From Arcobacteraceae bacterium (GTDB lineage Bacteria > Campylobacterota > Campylobacteria > Campylobacterales > Arcobacteraceae): 64,000 nt of DNA. The position numbers and the translations under genes are program-made. A model generated the notes under the pieces. It ran no database searches. It saw nothing but the letters and a program-made list of their open reading frames with translations, and had not been told where the DNA came from. Where the stretch lies: positions 11,201-75,200 of the forward strand of contig JASMTK010000012.1 in NCBI GenBank assembly GCA_041694355.1, in the 5' to 3' direction. Below, in pieces: positions 57,623 to 64,000 of this stretch (its first letter is position 1; every line of letters begins with the position of its first letter).

Positions 57623-59542
57623 TTAATCTTCACTCAACAACTCAATAGTAAATTTTGCACCTTTGTAACTTTTGTCATTGTATGTAAACTCTGTATTTTC
57701 AAGAGTTAGCTTACCTTTTAAGTTTCTTGTAACAATCTCTTTTGACATATACAACCCAAGTCCTGTACCTTTGTCCTCATCTTTTGTAGTAAAGTATGGT
57801 TCAAATATCTTATTTTTAATCGCTTCTTTTATTCCATTTGCTGTATCGTATATATCAATTATTGCATACTCATCTTTTTTATAAATATCAATAAATATAT
57901 ACTTTTCATCTTGGGCAAACTCATTTAGTGCATCTTTTGCGTTGTTTAGAATATTTAAAAGTACTTGAAGTAGTTCTCTTTCATAGTTCTCAACTCTTAT
58001 ATCTTGAATATCTTTTATCACTTCAATAGCATTTTTTTCAAATTGAGAAGATACTAATTTCAATGTTTTATCAATACTATCTTTTAATAAAAAGTTTTGT
58101 GTCTCTTTATCTGCTTTGAAAAAGTTTCTAAAGTCTTGGATTGTATCAGACAAGTGATTTGCTGAATTATTTATAGTATCAAGTGCCTCATCTAAAAACT
58201 CATCACTTAATAACTTAGCATCTTTTTGGAAGCTAACTGAAGTAGAAGCTGTAGTTATTAAAGATAGAGGTTGTCTCCACTGATGGGCTATATTTTCCAT
58301 CATTTCACCCATTGCTGCAAGTTTTGACTTTTGAGATAGAAGTTCATACTGTTTTTTATTCTCCTCTAATTGTCTGTTTAAGTCATCTTTATATTCTTTA
58401 AATCTCTTTTCAGTTTTATTAGAGATAAAAAATGAGATTAAAAGTAAAAATAGACTAAATACAGAAGATATTAAAAATAGCTTTTGAATATTTTCATTAA
58501 AATTTTGAGTTAACTCTTCTTCTTTTTTATTGATAATATCCTCTAAATCATTTAAATAAAATCCTGTACTTATAAGCCAGTTCCATTTTGGTACTTTTTT
58601 CACATAAGATATTTTTGTAAAGCTTTTATCTGTATTTGGTTTAGGGAAGTTTAAACTCATAAAACCTCCACCATTATTTGCAATATCCCAAGCTTTTTTC
58701 ATAATATTTTCTTTATTTATTTTCTTTAATCGCTCTAGTGAATTTGTACCAATCAACTCTTTTTTTGCGTGTGCTAAGTAGTTGTTTTTTTCATCAAATA
58801 CCACAAAATAGCTATTTTTTCCAAATCTAAACTTATCAATTTGTTTTAAAACTTTCTTTTGTATATCTTTTGAGAAATCATCTACATATTCGCCTGTACC
58901 AATAAACCAATTTAACTCATAGATATTCTTAACAAACCCTATTTTTTTATACTCTTCATTATCTTCTTTTGACTTTCTCCAATACCACTCATTATATGCT
59001 TCATCTTTTTTAGATAAAAGTTCTAGTGACTCTCTTACAACATACTTACCTCTTGTATCTTGATAATCAAGTAAAAGCTTACCCTCTAACTGTGGTTGTA
59101 AAGGATGAATAAGGATTCTTCCATCTTTATCATCAACAAAGAAGTAACCTCTACCGTTGTTAAATCTAATACTTTTTATAACTGTTTTGATGATTTCTTT
59201 TATCTCTTCTTTTGAGTGCGTATCTTTGTACTTCTTATAAATATTTATAATAATCTCATGGGCTTCTCTTAGTCTTGTTTTCAAAGACTTTTTCAACTCC
59301 TCCTCAGTATGTTTTTGTTCCTCAATAACATATGATATTATATTATCTACTTGTTCTTTGATAGTCTTTTTTTTCTCTTCTATGAAGTTACTTTTTATAG
59401 ATTGTTTTGTTTTTTCAAAGTTTTGTTTGCTTTCTTGAAATAGTAAAATTGTAATTACAAATGATACAATTAAAATAAATGCAGGTAAGCCGTACCTAAT
59501 AACAAATAATATCTCTTTTTCGTTATTGATTTTCATTTTCAT
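57623..59542 (-). CDS. Sensor histidine kinase with tandem Cache-like domains
   Basis: IRFNNGRGYFF and FRFGKNSYFV repeats; ENIAHQWRQPL; start could be 59536. Confidence 0.87.
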   Translation of the reverse strand: MKMKINNEKEILFVIRYGLPAFILIVSFVITILLFQESKQNFEKTKQSIKSNFIEEKKKTIKEQVDNIISYVIEEQKHTEEELKKSLKTRLREAHEIIINIYKKYKDTHSKEEIKEIIKTVIKSIRFNNGRGYFFVDDKDGRILIHPLQPQLEGKLLLDYQDTRGKYVVRESLELLSKKDEAYNEWYWRKSKEDNEEYKKIGFVKNIYELNWFIGTGEYVDDFSKDIQKKVLKQIDKFRFGKNSYFVVFDEKNNYLAHAKKELIGTNSLERLKKINKENIMKKAWDIANNGGGFMSLNFPKPNTDKSFTKISYVKKVPKWNWLISTGFYLNDLEDIINKKEEELTQNFNENIQKLFLISSVFSLFLLLISFFISNKTEKRFKEYKDDLNRQLEENKKQYELLSQKSKLAAMGEMMENIAHQWRQPLSLITTASTSVSFQKDAKLLSDEFLDEALDTINNSANHLSDTIQDFRNFFKADKETQNFLLKDSIDKTLKLVSSQFEKNAIEVIKDIQDIRVENYERELLQVLLNILNNAKDALNEFAQDEKYIFIDIYKKDEYAIIDIYDTANGIKEAIKNKIFEPYFTTKDEDKGTGLGLYMSKEIVTRNLKGKLTLENTEFTYNDKSYKGAKFTIELLSED

Positions 59543-59605
59543 ACTTTTTATTTATATTTTTACATAATTAAGCTGAAAATAAAAAAACTTCCTTTAATCT
59601 GTGTT

Positions 59606-59614
59606 TGATATAAT
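59606..59614 (+). promoter_or_regulatory. Extended -10 promoter of ferritin
   Basis: TG-a-TATAAT. Confidence 0.6.
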
Positions 59615-59635
59615 AAAATTTTAAAAGGAGATTTT

Positions 59636-60142
59636 ATGATTAGCAAAGAATTACAAGAAGCTTTAATAGAACAACTAAACAAAGAGTATCATTCTGCATA
59701 TTTATATTTAGGTATGAGTGCGTACTGTTCAAAAGAGGGATTCAACGGTGCATCAAATTGGTTTTTAATCCAATACCAAGAAGAAGTAGCTCACGGAATG
59801 AAACTATTTAAATACCTTGAAGATCAAGATGTGGAAATCAAACTTCCTCAAATTGATGCAGTTGAAGTTGAGTATAAATCATTATTAGATGTATTTAAAA
59901 AATCACTAGCTCATGAACAAAAAATGAGTAAAAATCTAAATAATTTATCAGATTTAGCTATGAAAGAGAAAGACCACGCTACTTATAACTTACTTCAATG
60001 GTACGTAACAGAACAAGTTGAAGAAGAAGCAACAGTAAGTGAAATCATCGACCATATCAAACTAGTAGGTGATAATGGATATGGACTTTACACTATTGAT
60101 AAAGAGTTAGGTGGAAGAAGTTACGTAGATCCTACAGCTTAG
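59636..60142 (+). CDS. ftnA: Non-heme ferritin
   Basis: Ferroxidase residues EYHSAYLY, EEVAH, EQVEEE. Confidence 0.92.
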   Translation: MISKELQEALIEQLNKEYHSAYLYLGMSAYCSKEGFNGASNWFLIQYQEEVAHGMKLFKYLEDQDVEIKLPQIDAVEVEYKSLLDVFKKSLAHEQKMSKNLNNLSDLAMKEKDHATYNLLQWYVTEQVEEEATVSEIIDHIKLVGDNGYGLYTIDKELGGRSYVDPTA

Positions 60143-60143
60143 T

Positions 60144-60170
60144 AAAATAAGAGGGAAGACCTCTTATTTT
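60144..60170. terminator. Bidirectional terminator
   Basis: AAAATAAGAGG-gaaga-CCTCTTATTTT. Confidence 0.72.
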
Positions 60171-60660
60171 ATTGTATTAAAAACTTTCCTTGTTTTCTAT
60201 CTTTTTTGATATTTTTATGATTTACAACAGAACCATGCATAGAGATATAAATATCATTTTTAACTTCACCATTTAAAAAACCTATTGCTTGTGAGAAGTT
60301 CATAGTTGCTTCTACTTTTTTAATACTCATAGGAACCATCGCACCTGTTAAAACTATTTGTTTATCTAAATCTTTATTTTCTAAATACTGCGCTGTAATA
60401 TCTATAGTATCTGTTCCATGAACTATGATTATTTTTTCATTTTTTGATTCGTTTATAGCTTTAATCATCATATCTCTATCATCATTGTCTATTTCTAAAC
60501 TATCTTTTGAGATTATATTTTTGATTTCAAAATTGATATTAAAACAAGAGTTTATTATCTCATCTAAGGCTATATTATCAGTTGGTACTTCAAGCTTTCC
60601 TTTTATTGGATTATATCTTTTATTAAAAGTTCCACCTGTATTTATAACTGTGATATTCAT
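60169..60660 (-). CDS. Short asparaginase (N-terminal catalytic domain only)
   Basis: NTGGTF; HGTDT; LTGAM; 163 aa; abuts aspA. Confidence 0.82.
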   Translation of the reverse strand: MNITVINTGGTFNKRYNPIKGKLEVPTDNIALDEIINSCFNINFEIKNIISKDSLEIDNDDRDMMIKAINESKNEKIIIVHGTDTIDITAQYLENKDLDKQIVLTGAMVPMSIKKVEATMNFSQAIGFLNGEVKNDIYISMHGSVVNHKNIKKDRKQGKFLIQ

Positions 60661-62070
60661 CTATTTATCTCCTTCATAATTACTTACCATATTTTTTGGG
60701 TGAAGAAGTTCATCCAACTCCTCTTTTGTAAATAGTTCTTGCTCTAAAATAATATCATATACTCTTTTGTTTGTAGCAAGTGCCTCTTTTGCTAAAGCTG
60801 AACTTTTTTCATATCCTAAGATTGGATTTAGACAAGTTACAAGTGTAACTGAGTTTAGGATATTGTTCATACATACATCTTCATTTGCTGTGATACCTTT
60901 CACACATTTTTGAGCTAGTGAACAAAAAGACCTTCTCATCATATTTATTGATGTAAAAAGTTTATATGCAACTAAAGGTTCAAATACATTAAGTTGTAGT
61001 TGACCACCCTCACAAGCAACTGAAATAGTTGCGTCTGCACCTATTACTTCATAAGCAACTTGGTTTACAACCTCTGGAATCACAGGATTTACTTTCCCTG
61101 GCATAATAGAACTTCCTGGTTGCATAGGTGGTAGATTTATCTCATTTAACCCAGCTCTTGGACCACTACTTAAAAGTCTTAAGTCATTACAAATCTTTGA
61201 TACTTTTATTGCAACTCTTTTTAAAATACCTGATATATGTACAAATGCCCCTGTATCTTGTGTAGCTTCTATCAAGTCACCTGCACTTTCATAGTCTATT
61301 CCCGTTACATCTCTTAGATTATTTATAACTTTTCGTCTATACTCTTTTTTAGTGTTTATTCCTGTACCAATAGCAGTAGCACCAAGGTTTACCTCTTTTA
61401 ATAAAGCTTGTGCATCTCTTAATCTATAAATATCCTCATCAACCATAATAGCGTACGTTTTAAACTCTTGTCCCAAAGTCATAGGAACAGCATCTTGTAG
61501 CTGTGTTCTTCCCATTTTTAATACATCTTTGAATTCAACAGCCTTTTCTTCAAAAGTATCTCTTAAATATCTAAGACTATCTTTTAGCTTGTAAATCAGC
61601 TCATAAAGTGTTATTTTTATTGCCGTTGGATAAACATCATTTGTAGATTGAGACATATTTACGTGATTGTTTGGATGAACTATCTCGTAACTACTTCTTT
61701 TCTCACCTAATATCTCCAATGCTCTGTTTGCTATAACTTCATTTGCATTCATATTTGTTGAAGTTCCAGCACCACCTTGTATAGGATCAACTATAAACTG
61801 GTCATGAAATTTACCATCAATTATCTCATTACAAGCTTGAATAATCGAATCTCTTTGTCTATCTGATAAATCACCTAACTCAAAGTTTGTTAAAGCACAA
61901 GCTTTTTTTACCTTTGCTAAGGATTTAATAAAATTTGGAAACAAAGATATATCTGTTCTTGTAATATCAAAGTTCTCTTTGGCTCTTAAAGTTTGTATCC
62001 CATAATAACTTGAAATATCGATTTTCTTTTCACTTATAAAATCTTTTTCTATTCTAAAATTATCTTCCAT
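60661..62070 (-). CDS. aspA: Aspartate ammonia-lyase
   Basis: YYGIQTLRA; GAGTSTNMN; GRTQLQDAVP; GSSIMPGKVNP. Confidence 0.93.
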   Translation of the reverse strand: MEDNFRIEKDFISEKKIDISSYYGIQTLRAKENFDITRTDISLFPNFIKSLAKVKKACALTNFELGDLSDRQRDSIIQACNEIIDGKFHDQFIVDPIQGGAGTSTNMNANEVIANRALEILGEKRSSYEIVHPNNHVNMSQSTNDVYPTAIKITLYELIYKLKDSLRYLRDTFEEKAVEFKDVLKMGRTQLQDAVPMTLGQEFKTYAIMVDEDIYRLRDAQALLKEVNLGATAIGTGINTKKEYRRKVINNLRDVTGIDYESAGDLIEATQDTGAFVHISGILKRVAIKVSKICNDLRLLSSGPRAGLNEINLPPMQPGSSIMPGKVNPVIPEVVNQVAYEVIGADATISVACEGGQLQLNVFEPLVAYKLFTSINMMRRSFCSLAQKCVKGITANEDVCMNNILNSVTLVTCLNPILGYEKSSALAKEALATNKRVYDIILEQELFTKEELDELLHPKNMVSNYEGDK

Positions 62071-62142
62071 AAATCAACCTTTATACTTTATAAAAGGTTA
62101 TCATATAAAATAGAAGTATGCAAAAAGTGTGATTTTGTAAAT

Positions 62143-62829
62143 TTATTCAATATTTACTAAAGTGTATCCCTCTTGGGGAACATTTTTTATGATATTTATA
62201 GGTAACTTGGCTCTTAAGTCCTTGATAAAAGACTTTAAAGCATATGTTGTCATATCTTTATCAAGCCACAATTCACTCTCAATTTGTTCATATCTTAAGA
62301 CAAAACCTTTCTTTTCATAAAGCAGTTTCAAGAAATCTTTTTCTCGTTTTCTTAAGGTAATTACTTCGCTATTTTTATAAATCAACTCTCTTTTTGAAAT
62401 ATCAAACTTCAAATCTTTACTCAAAGATATTGGCTTTTGATTTTTGTTTATATACTTTACTAAAGCTTCATTTAGTTTTTTTAGATTTAAAGGCTTTATG
62501 ATAAAATGATTAATATTTAGGTTTATCAAATCTACTAAATACTCTTCATTTGAGTATGCTGTAAGCATAATAATAGTTGTCTTTGAGTCTTTTTGCCTTA
62601 TTTTTTTTACTAGTTCTATTCCATTGCAATTATCCATTTGAATATCACATAAAACAATTTTAGGTTTATACTCTTCATATAGTTCAAAACCCTCATTCCC
62701 ATCTTTTGCTTCATATACATCATCAAAATAATATTTTAAAGTCTCAACTATAATTTGTCTAATTCCATCTTCATCTTCAACACATAAGATTGGTATCTCT
62801 TTTAACTGTTCAAATAATCTTTCATCCAT
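62143..62829 (-). CDS. OmpR-family response regulator
   Basis: VEDE; LCDIQM; LTAY; IKP; similar to the regulator at 24633-25316. Confidence 0.9.
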   Translation of the reverse strand: MDERLFEQLKEIPILCVEDEDGIRQIIVETLKYYFDDVYEAKDGNEGFELYEEYKPKIVLCDIQMDNCNGIELVKKIRQKDSKTTIIMLTAYSNEEYLVDLINLNINHFIIKPLNLKKLNEALVKYINKNQKPISLSKDLKFDISKRELIYKNSEVITLRKREKDFLKLLYEKKGFVLRYEQIESELWLDKDMTTYALKSFIKDLRAKLPINIIKNVPQEGYTLVNIE

Positions 62830-62835
62830 AATAAC

Positions 62836-63960
62836 CTACCCTGTTAAAACTATTTTAAATACTGCACCTTCGTCATCATTTTTTACACTAAGTTCCCCAC
62901 CCATATTTTTCTCAATTATAAGCTTTGAGATATATAGTCCTAAGCCTGTACCTTTTGAGGAGTCTTTTGTACTAAAATATGGATCAAAAATCATATCAAA
63001 ATGCTCTTCTTTGATTCCGCCTGCATTGTCTTTTACTTTTACTATACTTAATACACCCATTGTATAAATAGTTATATCAATTTTTGGGTTTTCAATCTCT
63101 TTTTCTATTAAAATATCCCTTGCATTCATAATAAGATTTAATATAACTTGCGAATACTCTGTACCATATCCATAAATCTCTTTATCATCTTTTATATCCA
63201 TATTAAGTTCAATCATATTATCTTTTAAAGAAGCGTCTATTAAACCAATAGCTTTTTTACATGAATCAGAAACTAAAAAGTGCTCTTTTTGTTTATCTGG
63301 TTTGTAAAAATTTCTAAAATCATCTATTGTTTTAGACATAAACTCTATAATATTATCACTTCTTTCAATAGAACTTAAAATATGGTTATTGTTTACTTTA
63401 TTAAATCTTGTAGCAGTTTCAAGTTCCATTAAAACACCTGATAGTTCTGTTAGTGGTTGTCTCCATTGGTGAGCTATCATACTTATCATTGAACCCATTC
63501 TTGCAAGTTTTGATTGCTCCAAAATAGTTTTATCTTTTTGTTTTGCTTCTTTTACTGCTTCTTCCACTTTATTAGCAAGGTTTTTATTTAGATTTTGTAA
63601 TTTACTCTCTTTATTTGAAACTTGTAATTTATATCTTTTTATCAAGTCATTTATAATTGAACTCATAAGTAAAGAGAAAAGAGCCATAAAACTAACAATT
63701 GAGATAGTAACAATCACCATAAACTCTTTAAACTCATCTTGTCTTTTTAGATGTTGTTTTTGTTTTTGTTTTACTTTTTTAGCAAGCTGTTGTTTATCAT
63801 TGCTTTTTAAAACATACAAAGTTTTAAACTCTTTTAAGTCCTCTTCAAAATTTTTATTTGTTAATTTCAAATAGTATGATGTAGTAAAAAAAGAGATAAA
63901 AAGTATACTTAAAAAAGGAATAATAATAGTAAAAAATGGTACACCATCTTTATTAAACAT
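62836..63960 (-). CDS. Sensor histidine kinase with a very short extracytoplasmic loop
   Basis: Two TMs; SMIAHQWRQPL; DNAGG; ATG 63960 behind GAGG. Confidence 0.87.
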   Translation of the reverse strand: MFNKDGVPFFTIIIPFLSILFISFFTTSYYLKLTNKNFEEDLKEFKTLYVLKSNDKQQLAKKVKQKQKQHLKRQDEFKEFMVIVTISIVSFMALFSLLMSSIINDLIKRYKLQVSNKESKLQNLNKNLANKVEEAVKEAKQKDKTILEQSKLARMGSMISMIAHQWRQPLTELSGVLMELETATRFNKVNNNHILSSIERSDNIIEFMSKTIDDFRNFYKPDKQKEHFLVSDSCKKAIGLIDASLKDNMIELNMDIKDDKEIYGYGTEYSQVILNLIMNARDILIEKEIENPKIDITIYTMGVLSIVKVKDNAGGIKEEHFDMIFDPYFSTKDSSKGTGLGLYISKLIIEKNMGGELSVKNDDEGAVFKIVLTG

Positions 63961-64000
63961 CTTTAGCCTCAAAATTTTTAACTTAATAAAAAGAGAAAAG

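Noticed and set aside
59543-59635. Fur box upstream of ferritin, or a leaderless start for the Cache kinase
   Set aside because: No convincing 7-1-7 GATAAT-type repeat; the candidate -10 elements are ambiguous in AT-rich sequence
1184-60679. Short antisense or overlapping ORFs in the track (e.g. 1184-1369, 6144-6386, 21978-22397, 39048-39464, 60425-60679)
   Set aside because: They are shadows of well-supported genes, with no SD or motifs and the biased composition expected from the opposite strand of AT-rich CDSs

Overview
Very AT-rich chromosomal DNA whose gene set (ciaB, family II PPase, many AHQWRQPL-type kinases, TGn-TAnnnT promoters) points to Campylobacterota, most likely Arcobacteraceae; this assignment is inferred. 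The window holds about 57 genes. Signalling dominates: two-component, c-di-GMP, H-NOX and chemotaxis genes. There is also amino-acid catabolism (pxpABC with a TRAP transporter, NAD-GDH, aspA with a short asparaginase), housekeeping genes and a small decaying accessory patch (33-39 kb). No rRNA, tRNA, CRISPR array, integrase or prophage was seen. The main unexplained observations are: (1) three genes whose conserved N-termini can apparently start only at an ATA codon placed correctly behind a Shine-Dalgarno (SD) sequence; (2) an H-NOX operon with a c-heme hybrid kinase and a second kinase whose phosphoacceptor His is Asn; (3) a stand-alone, lid-degenerate Hsp90 N-domain co-oriented with a GNAT and a 43-aa-repeat TPR gene, near full-length htpG, which carries a CIRCE-like operator; (4) a Pho-box-like, apparently leaderless PIN-PhoH plus SAMHD1-like HD operon; (5) a 118-bp palindromic MITE-like element at the htpG stop codon. 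Two pseudogenes were reconstructed (LysR internal deletion, TPR nonsense codon). All functional calls come from motif recognition by eye; no database searches were run.
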